Shown here: positions 19,527 to 28,682 of the stretch, one piece after another
Position numbering within the stretch: the stretch's first letter is position 1
How the letters are laid out: every line of letters begins with the position of its first letter
Source of the DNA: an uncultured Lachnospiraceae bacterium
GTDB lineage: Bacteria; Bacillota; Clostridia; Lachnospirales; Lachnospiraceae
Direction of reading: 5' to 3'
DNA: 64,000 nt
Assembly: GCA_900318875.1 (NCBI GenBank)
Contig: ONMH01000001.1
Span: 4,177-68,176, forward strand
Notes under the pieces: generated by a model
The model's database searches: none
Seen by the model: the letters and a program-made list of their open reading frames with translations, nothing else
What the model was told of the DNA's origin: nothing
Translations under genes and position numbers: made by a program

Positions 19527-21661
19527 ACGATCCTCTTGAACTTCTTTTCCATGTCCTGTTTTGTCAGGATGATCATGGTGGGCCGCCCGTGGGGGCAGTG
19601 GTAGGGGTTGTCGAGGGCAAGAAGCTCATCAATTAATGCCTGCGCCTCATGCAGGGAGAGCACCTGATTTCCCTTGACCGCCGCCTTGCAGCTCATCGAG
19701 GCGATCTTGTAGAGGATCGCCGCCGGGGTCCCGTTCATCTTCTCTTCGAGGATCTCGTCGAGCACCTCCCGAAGGAGCGCTGCCGGCTCGTTGGCATAGA
19801 GCTCAAGGGGGACGGCCCGGATCGCGATGGACCCGTCGCCGAAGTCCTCAAATTCATAGCCCATCTTTTCAAAGACGGACTGGTACTTCTGAAGGGCTCC
19901 CTCTTCCTTTCCGGTCAAATTCACAACGATCGGCGGGGCGAGGAGCTGGGAGGGCGCCTGGGTGCTCTGCTCCTTCTCGAGCCGCTTCATCAGCCGCTCG
20001 AAGTTGACCTTTTCGTGGGCCGCGTGCTGGTCGATGACGAGCATCCTGTCCCCGTCCTCGACGATCCAGTAGGTCTTGAAGACCTGGCCGACGATCCGGT
20101 AGTCATTGAGCTTTTCTTTCGTAAAGTTCCGCTCTGATGCGGGCTCTTTCTGCGCCTTTGGGGTCACTTCCTGTCCGGGAAGGGATTCTGTATCCTTCTC
20201 TGCCGCGGCGGCTGCCTCCTTTGGCGTCGGGAGGGATGCGGTCTCAAAGAGGTTCTGCTGCTCGTAGGTGCCGGAGGGGGTTTCCTCCTCCCTCTTACCC
20301 TCTTTCTCTTCCTCCTTTTTTGCTGCAGGTTCTCTGGTGTCCACAAAGAGGAAGTCATCCGCAGCGGCCTGCTTTTGCGCCTCCTCTGCTGCAGGTGCAG
20401 GGGAAGAGGCAGGTGCAAATTTATCGCTGTCCTTCAGCACCTCGTCTAGGACCCGGATCTGCTTTGAAAAGCTGCTCTTTTTCGGCTCCGGGACGGGCGC
20501 ACCCTCCTTTTTGAGGGCTCCCGTCTCAAACTGCTCGGTGTGGGGGATCGCCTTCTGCGCTTTTTCTCTCGCCTTTTCCTCCGCCTTCTCCTCCTCTTTT
20601 CTCTCCTTTTCCGTCTGGAAGGTCTCCTTCGGGATGAGGTCCACGCGGTGGAGGGCGCGGTGCACGCCGTCCTTGATAAAGTCAAAGACGGACTCGGGGC
20701 GCGCAAAGCGCACCTCCATCTTGGCGGGATGGACGTTGACGTCGATGTCCTCCGGGGCGAGCTCTAAGTGGAGGATCGCAAACGGGAAGCGGTGCTGCAT
20801 GAGGTCCGTGCCGTAGCCCTCCTCGAGGGATTTCGAGAGGACATCGGAGTGGAGGATTCTGCCGTTGACAAAGAAGATCTCAAAGTTCCGGGAGCTCCTC
20901 GAGAACTCGGGGCGGCCAAGGAACCCCGTGAGCGTCCCCTCGTCGTTCGAGACGTTGACGGGGATCACGGAGTTTGCCATCTCCCTGCCATAGATGCGGT
21001 AGATCAGCTCCTTCTCGTCCCCGTTTCCCGTCGTGTGGAGCTTCTCCGTGCTGTTCATGCGGTAGTGGAACGAGATCTCCGGGTGGGACAGGGCGAGGTG
21101 CTCCACAAGGTCCGTGACATAGCCGCCCTCTGTCTGGGGGCTCTTTAAGAACTTCTTTCTGACTGGGACGTTGTAGAAGAGGTCCCGCACGATGACGGTG
21201 GTGCCGTCCGGGGCGCCGACCTCAGAGATCTCAAGTGGGATGACGTCCGTCGTCTGAAGGCTTGCCGCCGCGGCGACGGCGTTGTTCCTCGCCCTCGTCC
21301 CCGTCAGGGAGTCCCTTGTCTTTGTGATCATCTCGACCTCAGAGACTGCGGCGATCGAGGAGAGCGCCTCCCCGCGAAAGCCGAGGGTCACAAGGCTCGA
21401 TAGGTCTGCATCGCTTGCGATCTTGGAGGTTGCATGCCTCCGGAAGGCCTTTGTGATCTGGTCCGCCTCGATGCCGCAGCCGTTGTCGGTCACGCGCACG
21501 AGGTCGATGCCGCCGTTTTTGATCTCGATCGTGATGGCGGTGGCCCCGGCGTCGATTGCGTTCTCTGTGAGCTCCTTGACGACGTTGACGGGGCGCTCGA
21601 CGACTTCGCCTGCTGCGATCCTGTTGATCGTGTCACTGTCCAATACGTGAATTTCTGCCAT
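19523..21661 (-). CDS. mutL: DNA mismatch repair endonuclease MutL
   Basis: IAAGEVVERP, DNGCG, GFRGEAL, the DQHAAHE endonuclease motif and CPHGRP. Confidence 0.97.
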   Translation of the reverse strand: MAEIHVLDSDTINRIAAGEVVERPVNVVKELTENAIDAGATAITIEIKNGGIDLVRVTDNGCGIEADQITKAFRRHATSKIASDADLSSLVTLGFRGEALSSIAAVSEVEMITKTRDSLTGTRARNNAVAAAASLQTTDVIPLEISEVGAPDGTTVIVRDLFYNVPVRKKFLKSPQTEGGYVTDLVEHLALSHPEISFHYRMNSTEKLHTTGNGDEKELIYRIYGREMANSVIPVNVSNDEGTLTGFLGRPEFSRSSRNFEIFFVNGRILHSDVLSKSLEEGYGTDLMQHRFPFAILHLELAPEDIDVNVHPAKMEVRFARPESVFDFIKDGVHRALHRVDLIPKETFQTEKERKEEEKAEEKAREKAQKAIPHTEQFETGALKKEGAPVPEPKKSSFSKQIRVLDEVLKDSDKFAPASSPAPAAEEAQKQAAADDFLFVDTREPAAKKEEEKEGKREEETPSGTYEQQNLFETASLPTPKEAAAAAEKDTESLPGQEVTPKAQKEPASERNFTKEKLNDYRIVGQVFKTYWIVEDGDRMLVIDQHAAHEKVNFERLMKRLEKEQSTQAPSQLLAPPIVVNLTGKEEGALQKYQSVFEKMGYEFEDFGDGSIAIRAVPLELYANEPAALLREVLDEILEEKMNGTPAAILYKIASMSCKAAVKGNQVLSLHEAQALIDELLALDNPYHCPHGRPTMIILTKQDMEKKFKRIV

Positions 21662-21664
21662 GGG

Positions 21665-24376
21665 TTATTCCTGTTTTGCGCTTTCCCAGCGGTTTTTGAG
21701 TTCCGACTGCAGCCGGTAGAGGGTGTTCAGGGCGTCCATCGGGGTCATGTTTTGGATGTCGATGGTGCGGAGCTCCGTAAGGACCGAGTCGTCCGTCGAG
21801 GTCTCAAAGAGGCTCATCTGCCCGAGGTCCACGTCGTCGTAGTGCGGGACCTTCTTCCTGGCGGCAGCTCCCTCTTCGCCGGACTTTACCTCGATCGACT
21901 GGATATTCTCCGTGATGTCGTTCCCAGCAAGCTCCTCTGCGATCTCCTTTGCCCTGTCGACCACCATGTCGGGGAGGCCGGCGAGCTTTGCTACCTGGAT
22001 GCCGTAGGAGCGGTCCGCGCCGCCCTTGATGATCTTTCTCAAAAAGATGATATCATCGCCCTTTTCCTTGACGGCGACGCAGTAGTTGTTCACGCTGTCG
22101 ATCTTGCCCTCGAGCTCGGTGAGCTCGTGGTAGTGGGTGGCAAAGAGGGTCTTGGCCCCCAAAAACTTCCTGTTCGCGATGTACTCCACGACAGCCCAGG
22201 CGATCGAGAGGCCGTCATAGGTGGAGGTGCCCCGGCCGATCTCATCGAGGATGAGGAGGGACTTCGGGGTGGCGTTCCGGAGGATGTTTGCGACCTCGTT
22301 CATCTCGACCATGAAGGTCGACTGGCCGCTTCCAAGGTCATCGGAAGCGCCGACTCTCGTAAAGATCCGGTCCACAACGCACAGGTCTGCCGCATCTGCC
22401 GGCACAAAGCAGCCGATCTGGGCCATCAGGCAGATCAGGGCGACCTGGCGCATGTAGGTGGACTTGCCGGCCATGTTGGGGCCGGTGATGATGGCGATGC
22501 AGTTCTTTTTGTTGTCGAGGATCGTGTCGTTGGCCACAAAGTCGCCCTGCATCATCTGCTCGACGACGGGGTGCCTGCCCTCCCTGATCCGGATGACGCC
22601 CTTGTCGTTTAATGTGGGGCGCACGTACCGGTTTCTCTCGGAGACGAGGGAGAGGCTGCAGAAGACGTCGAGGGCGGCAATCGCCTTTGCCGCCTTCTGG
22701 ATCTCGGGGGTCTTCGAGGCGACGAGGTCTCTCAACTTTGCAAAGGCCTCGTACTCGAGGTCGCCGAGCTTTTCCCTGGCGTTCAGGATTTCATTCTCCG
22801 TCTGCTTGAGCTCGGGCGTCGTGTAGCGCTCGGAGCCGACCAGGGTCTGCTTTCTCTCAAACGTCGGGGGCACCTGGTCCCTGAACTGGTTCGTGACCTC
22901 GAAAAAGTACCCAAAGACGTTGTTGAACTTGATCTTTAAGGTCTTGATTCCGGTGGCCTCCCGGGTCTTCTCCTCGAGGTCTGCGAGGATCTGCTTTCCG
23001 TTTGTCTGCACGTTCCGGTAGTGGTCCACCGTCTCGTCGTATCCTGGCTTTAAGATTCCGCCGTCCTTCATCGCAAGGGGCGGATCGTCGACGATGGCGC
23101 GGTCAAGGAGTTCTGTGAGTTCCGAGAAATCGGAGATATCCCGGCAGATCCCCTGCAGGACCTTTGCCGGAAAGCCCGAGAGCACCTGGCGGATCGGCTT
23201 TGTCATCTTGAGGCTCTCCCGGAAGGCCACAAGGTCCCTCGGGTTTGCAGAGCCGTAGCTGATCTTTGTCAGGAGCCGCTCCATGTCGTAGATCGGGGAG
23301 AGGTACTCCCTGATCTCGTCCCGGTCCACGCTGCTTTTCGAGAGGGCGTCGATCGCATCGTACCTTGCCTCGATCTCGTCCTTTTCGACGAGGGGCTGCT
23401 CGAGGTACTGCCGTAGAAGCCTTGCGCCCATCGCGGTCTTTGTCCTGTCGAGGACCCAGAGGAGGGATCCCTTGACGCGCTTTTCCCGCATGGTCTCCGT
23501 GAGCTCTAAGTTCCTTCTTGTCGCGGAGTCGAGGAGCATGTACTTGCCGGAGGCGTAGGCCTGGATCCTGGTGATGTTGGAGAGGGAGTTCTTCTGGGTG
23601 TCGTAGAGGTACTGCATCAGCGCCCCGGCGGCTGCCTGGGCGTACTTCATGTCCGCAAGGTCGAGAGCGGTGAGGCTCGCCACCTTAAAGTGGTCGAGGA
23701 GGATCTGCCTTGCCTCGTCCTGCCCGAAGTAGTGGGAATCGAGCTGGTTGATGGCGATGCCGAGGCGGGTCCGAAGGTCCTCGAGATCCATGCTGCTCAT
23801 GAGAAAGGCCTGGTTGCAGACGATCTCCGAGGGGCTGTACTTGTTGATCTCGTCCCTGATCTTCTGGTTTCCCTGGATCTGGGTCGCATAGAAGTCTCCC
23901 GTGGAGATGTCGCAGACGGCGATGCCCGCCTTTGCGCTCTGGGGGAGGTTGTTTGACCCGATCTCGTAGAACACCGCAAAGATGTAGTTGTTCCTGGTCT
24001 CGTCGAGGGTTTCTGCAGCCGTGATGGTGCCGGGGGTGACGATCCTTGTCACCTCGCGCTTGACAAGGCCCTTTGCAAACCGCGGATCCTCCATCTGCTC
24101 ACAGACCGCCACCTTGTAGCCCTTCTCCACGAGCTTTGCGATGTAGATGTCCACCGCATGGTACGGGATGCCGCACATCGGGGCGCGCTCCTTGAGGCCG
24201 CAGTTCTTCCCGGTCAGCGTCAGATCCAGCTCTTTGGACGCCGTCTTTGCATCGTCAAAGAACATCTCGTAGAAATCGCCGAGCCGGTAGAACAGGAGGC
24301 AGTCCGGGTAGTCCTCCTTGGTCTTTAAGTACTCCTGCATCATCGGCGAGACTTCATCCAGGTTGATCTTGTCCAC
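21665..24376 (-). CDS. mutS: DNA mismatch repair protein MutS
   Basis: GDFYEMF, TGPNMAGKST, DEIGRGTST, ATHYHEL and the QMSLF clamp motif; probable GTG start at 24376. Confidence 0.97.
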   Translation of the reverse strand: MDKINLDEVSPMMQEYLKTKEDYPDCLLFYRLGDFYEMFFDDAKTASKELDLTLTGKNCGLKERAPMCGIPYHAVDIYIAKLVEKGYKVAVCEQMEDPRFAKGLVKREVTRIVTPGTITAAETLDETRNNYIFAVFYEIGSNNLPQSAKAGIAVCDISTGDFYATQIQGNQKIRDEINKYSPSEIVCNQAFLMSSMDLEDLRTRLGIAINQLDSHYFGQDEARQILLDHFKVASLTALDLADMKYAQAAAGALMQYLYDTQKNSLSNITRIQAYASGKYMLLDSATRRNLELTETMREKRVKGSLLWVLDRTKTAMGARLLRQYLEQPLVEKDEIEARYDAIDALSKSSVDRDEIREYLSPIYDMERLLTKISYGSANPRDLVAFRESLKMTKPIRQVLSGFPAKVLQGICRDISDFSELTELLDRAIVDDPPLAMKDGGILKPGYDETVDHYRNVQTNGKQILADLEEKTREATGIKTLKIKFNNVFGYFFEVTNQFRDQVPPTFERKQTLVGSERYTTPELKQTENEILNAREKLGDLEYEAFAKLRDLVASKTPEIQKAAKAIAALDVFCSLSLVSERNRYVRPTLNDKGVIRIREGRHPVVEQMMQGDFVANDTILDNKKNCIAIITGPNMAGKSTYMRQVALICLMAQIGCFVPADAADLCVVDRIFTRVGASDDLGSGQSTFMVEMNEVANILRNATPKSLLILDEIGRGTSTYDGLSIAWAVVEYIANRKFLGAKTLFATHYHELTELEGKIDSVNNYCVAVKEKGDDIIFLRKIIKGGADRSYGIQVAKLAGLPDMVVDRAKEIAEELAGNDITENIQSIEVKSGEEGAAARKKVPHYDDVDLGQMSLFETSTDDSVLTELRTIDIQNMTPMDALNTLYRLQSELKNRWESAKQE

Positions 24377-24395
24377 GATGGCCCTGTCCTTTCTG

Positions 24396-25919
24396 TCAAT
24401 ACCCGTTCGCGTTTTCCGAGAGCACCGTGCCGAAGTAGTAAAAGCCCCGGCAGGTGTCAAGGCGCACATCGTAAAAGTGGCCGATCATGGAGGGATCGCC
24501 CTTCACATGGACCAGCGTGTTGTTCGAGAGGCGGCAGGTGAGATACCCCTCCTCCTGCGCATTCTCCTCCTCGGCGAGCGCACACAGGACTTTGCCCTGA
24601 AGGAGGGCAGTCCGCTCCCTTGCGCTCTCCTGGATCGCGGAGAGGATCCTGTCAAAGCCCTCCTTTACCTGGGCTTGCGGCACCTGCTCCATCGCTGCAG
24701 CCGGAGTTCCGGTGCGCTTCGAGTAGATGAACGTGTAGGCGTTGTCAAAGTGGACCTTTTCGATGACATCGAGGGTCTCCACCACGTCCGCTTTCGTCTC
24801 CCCGGGAAAGCCCGCGATGATGTCCGTCGTGATCGCGCAGTCGGGGAGCTCCTCCCTGATCTTCAGGGCAAGGTCCAGGTACTGCTCCTTTGTGTAGCGC
24901 CGGTTCATGCGGCGCAGGATCTCTGTCGAGCCCGACTGGAGCGGCAGGTGGATGTGCCGCGCGATGTTGGGGTGGGATGCGATGACGTGAATCACATCCT
25001 CTCCCATGTCCTTTGGGTGGGGCGTCATCCAGCGGACGCGCTTTACTCCCGGGACCTCGGCGACAGCTCCAAGGAGCTCTGCAAAGGATACCGGAGTCTC
25101 CAGGTCCTTGCCGTAGGAGTTTACGTTCTGGCCAAGGAGCATGATCTCGACGACGCCGTCAGAGACCAGGTGCTCCACCTCCCGCAGGATCTCGGTTGGC
25201 TTTCTCGAGCGCTCCCTCCCCCGCACATAGGGGACGATGCAGTAGGTGCAGAAGTTGTCGCACCCGAACATGATGTTGACGCCGGACTTGTAGGGGTACT
25301 TTCTCTCCGAGGGGAGGTCCTCCACGATCTCCTTTGTGTCCTTCCAGACGACGTAGAGCTTCCGGCCTCTGGGGTCGAAGTCGTCGTTCTGGTTTTCGTA
25401 GACATCCGCCAGGTACTCCGGGAATCGGAACAGGTTGTGGGTGCCGAAGACCAGGTTCACGTAGGGGTAGCTTTCTTTAATCTTGTCCACACACGCCTTT
25501 TCCTGCATCATGCAGCCGCAGACTGCGATCTTCATCCAGGGATTCTTTTTGCGGTAGTGCGCTGCCCTGCCGAGCCTTCCGAAGAAGTGCTGGTCCGCGT
25601 TGTCCCGGACCGTGCAGGTGTTGTAGATCACAAAGTCCGCATCCTCCCGGTCCGTCTCCTCATAGCCCGCCTCTTTTAAGACGCCGGAGAGCTTCTCCGC
25701 ATCCTTTGCATTCATCTGGCAGCCAAAGTTCACGACGCAGTATGTCGGGGTCCTGCCAAGGAGCTCGGAGAGTTTTCCTGTCTGCTCCTTTGCGAGGGAC
25801 AAAAAGGCCTCCTGGCGCGAGAGCTCCTCTTTGTCGGTGAAGGTCTTTGCGTCCTCCTCGGAGGCGCGCTTTCTTGCGTTTTCAATGATCGCCTCAGCGG
25901 TCAACATCGTATTCTGCAT
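24396..25919 (-). CDS. miaB: tRNA-2-methylthio-N6-dimethylallyladenosine synthase
   Basis: FGCQMN, NTCTVR, the GCDNFCTYC radical-SAM motif and a C-terminal TRAM domain. Confidence 0.96.
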   Translation of the reverse strand: MQNTMLTAEAIIENARKRASEEDAKTFTDKEELSRQEAFLSLAKEQTGKLSELLGRTPTYCVVNFGCQMNAKDAEKLSGVLKEAGYEETDREDADFVIYNTCTVRDNADQHFFGRLGRAAHYRKKNPWMKIAVCGCMMQEKACVDKIKESYPYVNLVFGTHNLFRFPEYLADVYENQNDDFDPRGRKLYVVWKDTKEIVEDLPSERKYPYKSGVNIMFGCDNFCTYCIVPYVRGRERSRKPTEILREVEHLVSDGVVEIMLLGQNVNSYGKDLETPVSFAELLGAVAEVPGVKRVRWMTPHPKDMGEDVIHVIASHPNIARHIHLPLQSGSTEILRRMNRRYTKEQYLDLALKIREELPDCAITTDIIAGFPGETKADVVETLDVIEKVHFDNAYTFIYSKRTGTPAAAMEQVPQAQVKEGFDRILSAIQESARERTALLQGKVLCALAEEENAQEEGYLTCRLSNNTLVHVKGDPSMIGHFYDVRLDTCRGFYYFGTVLSENANGY

Positions 25920-27210
25920 AGCGGTTCATGATCCTAATCAGGGTTTCCGCAGAGAGTGCCATCTCCTGGGCGGAGACGTATTCAAAGCGGCTGTGGTAGT
26001 TGTGGGCTCCGGTAAAGAGGTTCGGGCAGGGAATGCCGCGGAAGCTGATGACGCATCCGTCGGTTCCGCCCCGGATCGGCTGGACAAGAGGCGTCACCCC
26101 TGCCTCCTCCATGGCCTTTTTTGCATTCTCCACAAGGTGCATGTGGGGTTTGATTTTCGAGAGCATGTTGTAGTAGGAGTCGTGGATGACGGCTGTGACG
26201 GTGCCCTCACCGTACTTTTCATTTAAGACGTCTGCGATCTTTGCCGCAGTCCTCTTTCTCTCCTCAAAGCGGTCTTTGTCGTGGTCCCTTATGATGATGG
26301 AGAGGGAGGCCTCGTCGCAGGTGCCGGAGAGCTCCTCCACGTGGTAGAAGCCCTCGTGATCCTTTGTGTAGTAGGGGGTCTCGAGCTTTGGAAGAAGGTC
26401 AATGAACTCGTTTGCAACGAGCACGGCATTTCTCATCTTTCCGTACGCAGAGCCCGGGTGCGTGGAGATGCCGGCAATCTTCACCTCGCAGGAGGCCGCG
26501 TTGAAGTTCTCGTACTCGAGCTCGCCAGCACCGCCCCCGTCGACCGTGTAGGCATAGTCGCAGGCAAAGCGGGAAAGGTCGAGATTTAATGTCCCGTTCC
26601 CCACCTCCTCATCGGGGGTGAAGGCGATGCGGATCGTGGGGTGCGCGATCTCCTTGTGAGAAAGGAAGAACGCTGCGGTCTCCATGACCGCGGTGACGCC
26701 CGCCTTGTCGTCTCCGCCAAGGACTGAGGTTCCGTCGGTGACAATCAGCGTCTCGCCCTTTCTCCCCGCAAGGTCCGGGTACTCCGCGGGATCGAGGACA
26801 TAGTTTTCATTCAGGCGGATTATGTTCCCGTCATAGCCTGCAATGGTTCTTGGGTGGATCTGCTTTGCATCGACCGCAGCGCTCGTATCCATGTGGGCCA
26901 TGAGGCCGAGGATCGGGGCGGTGTTCTCCCTTCTCTTTTCTTTCGCGCCGGGAAGGGCCTTTATCTTCTCCGGATCGCACTTTTCCTTCGGGAGGTTCCC
27001 GGGAATCGCCGCATAGACATAGCACTTGTCTTCATCATAGAAGACATCAGAAGCGCCCATGTCCGTGAGCTCCCTGGCAAGGACCGCGGCAAGGTCCCTC
27101 TGGCAGGGGGTACTGGGCGTATCGGGAACGCCCTCCTTTGACTGGGTGTAGATGCTCGCATAGCGGACAAAGCGCTCCGCCATCTCTTTGGGTTCAAAGT
27201 GCGTGGACAT
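25894..27210 (-). CDS. pepT: Peptidase T
   Basis: AHMDT, GGDDKAG, PDEEVG, YENFNAA and PIRGGTDG motifs. Confidence 0.95.
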   Translation of the reverse strand: MSTHFEPKEMAERFVRYASIYTQSKEGVPDTPSTPCQRDLAAVLARELTDMGASDVFYDEDKCYVYAAIPGNLPKEKCDPEKIKALPGAKEKRRENTAPILGLMAHMDTSAAVDAKQIHPRTIAGYDGNIIRLNENYVLDPAEYPDLAGRKGETLIVTDGTSVLGGDDKAGVTAVMETAAFFLSHKEIAHPTIRIAFTPDEEVGNGTLNLDLSRFACDYAYTVDGGGAGELEYENFNAASCEVKIAGISTHPGSAYGKMRNAVLVANEFIDLLPKLETPYYTKDHEGFYHVEELSGTCDEASLSIIIRDHDKDRFEERKRTAAKIADVLNEKYGEGTVTAVIHDSYYNMLSKIKPHMHLVENAKKAMEEAGVTPLVQPIRGGTDGCVISFRGIPCPNLFTGAHNYHSRFEYVSAQEMALSAETLIRIMNRYAEYDVDR

Positions 27211-27234
27211 GATCTTCTCCTGTTCTTCTGCCGG

Positions 27235-28032
27235 TCATCTGCCGGACTTATTGTTTTCTTCTGTTTCCTGACCCGCGGCGGACCAGAGGTAGCTGTTTCC
27301 CCGCTTTCCGGTCTTTGTGACAACGCCCTGTTCGGAGAGCACAAGGAGCATCGTGGAGGGGGAGACGGTCCGGACCTTTTTCCTTGTGGCAAGGGAGGCA
27401 AACTCCCTGCTTGTGAACTGCTCCGGGAGATTGTCCGGAAGAAAGGCATTATAATCTTTTGCCTCCCGGAGCACAAGTTCGTCCACAAGCTTTTCCGGGA
27501 TCCTGTCGTACCGATGGGACCCGCGCTTTCCATCCCTCCCCCAGCCGTCCTGCAGGCGGTACTCCTCCATGTCGAGAAGGACGAGGCGGACCGCAAGGTT
27601 CGGATCCTTGAGGAACATCCGGATCTGGTAGAGCTCCCGGAAGGCATGATAAAACGACCCCGTCACAGGCGATTTTGTCCGCCTGGACAGGGCCCCGCTC
27701 TCCGGATCAATCCAGGTGAGCCATTTTTCATGGGGGATCGGGTGGAGGATCTCCACCTTATGGGAGGGGAGAAAGGCGGAGAGCTTCGCCCGAAGGGGCG
27801 CAAAGCTTCCCGTCTGGATCTCTGTGATCTTCTCCCCGTCATAGATGTCTGCAATATAACTTCCCACCGGGATCTCCTGGTGGGAGGGATCGGGGTCGAC
27901 GTACTGCTTGCACACGGCGTGGACGGTCTTCTCCATCTGGGTGCCGATGCCGTTTCTCTCCCGTTCTCCCGGCTGCACGATCGCATCGCGCGCCCTCTGG
28001 AAGCGAAGGCGCTGTTCTTCTGTGATGGACAT
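27235..28032 (-). CDS. Conserved hypothetical protein; predicted PD-(D/E)XK-like nuclease with C-terminal winged helix
   Basis: E..H...K...E......ADI.....TEIQT pattern (CoiA-like); C-terminal FTSREF...L..L...G.V...GKRG..YL. Confidence 0.7.
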   Translation of the reverse strand: MSITEEQRLRFQRARDAIVQPGERERNGIGTQMEKTVHAVCKQYVDPDPSHQEIPVGSYIADIYDGEKITEIQTGSFAPLRAKLSAFLPSHKVEILHPIPHEKWLTWIDPESGALSRRTKSPVTGSFYHAFRELYQIRMFLKDPNLAVRLVLLDMEEYRLQDGWGRDGKRGSHRYDRIPEKLVDELVLREAKDYNAFLPDNLPEQFTSREFASLATRKKVRTVSPSTMLLVLSEQGVVTKTGKRGNSYLWSAAGQETEENNKSGR

Positions 28033-28035
28033 TGG

Positions 28036-28662
28036 TTACCTTTTCCTGTCCCTGCCCTTCTTTTTGGGAAGGAGGGGTTTCTGGTACAGGTGAGACCGGA
28101 TGTAGGCAAAGGTCTTCTCCTCGCCCTCATCTCTTAACATCAGGAGGAGCTTCTCGAGAAGATCTGCAGTGTCGGGGTAGAGGAAGCGCCTCGTGTTTCC
28201 CGTCGCGTAGTACTTCCAGGGATCCGCATCGGTGTAGTCCTTCCCGCGGTAGACCTTTGAGGCCGCGACCCGGTCCAGGAACATCTCGACGACGTACCGC
28301 CCCGGCATCCTGCAGGGGATGATGCCCGAGCCGTTGATGCCGCCGTCGGTCCTTGTCGTGTAGTCGAGCCAGTACTCATAGTGGTGCAGGTTCCTCCCCT
28401 TGTGGTGGAGCCATGCGGTGGAGAGGCCGGTCACCTCCCGCTCCCGGTTGTTCGGGCTCCGATCGCCCTGAAAGTAGCGGGCGCCGACGAGAAATTCGGT
28501 GGGCGAATACTTGCTCATGTCATGGAGGAGCCCCTGCCGGTAGAGGCCGACAGAAAAGCACTCCCTTGCCACGATGGCCTTGTGCTTTGTGATGGTCCGG
28601 AAGTGGTTCCAGGCGTTTTTTGCGGTGATGGGAGGAATCGCCTCCCGCTTTTTCTCCTGCAT
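28036..28662 (-). CDS. DUF5662 family protein (HD-like; often mis-annotated as catalase)
   Basis: HK...HDMSKYSP.EF, AWLHHKGRN.HH.EYW and MP..Y..EM..DR motifs. Confidence 0.8.
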   Translation of the reverse strand: MQEKKREAIPPITAKNAWNHFRTITKHKAIVARECFSVGLYRQGLLHDMSKYSPTEFLVGARYFQGDRSPNNREREVTGLSTAWLHHKGRNLHHYEYWLDYTTRTDGGINGSGIIPCRMPGRYVVEMFLDRVAASKVYRGKDYTDADPWKYYATGNTRRFLYPDTADLLEKLLLMLRDEGEEKTFAYIRSHLYQKPLLPKKKGRDRKR

Positions 28663-28682
28663 CCTGGCCTCCTGTCTAAGCG

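Noticed and set aside
28036-28662. Catalase annotation often given to this family
   Set aside because: No haem- or Mn-catalase motifs; the pattern is HD-like.
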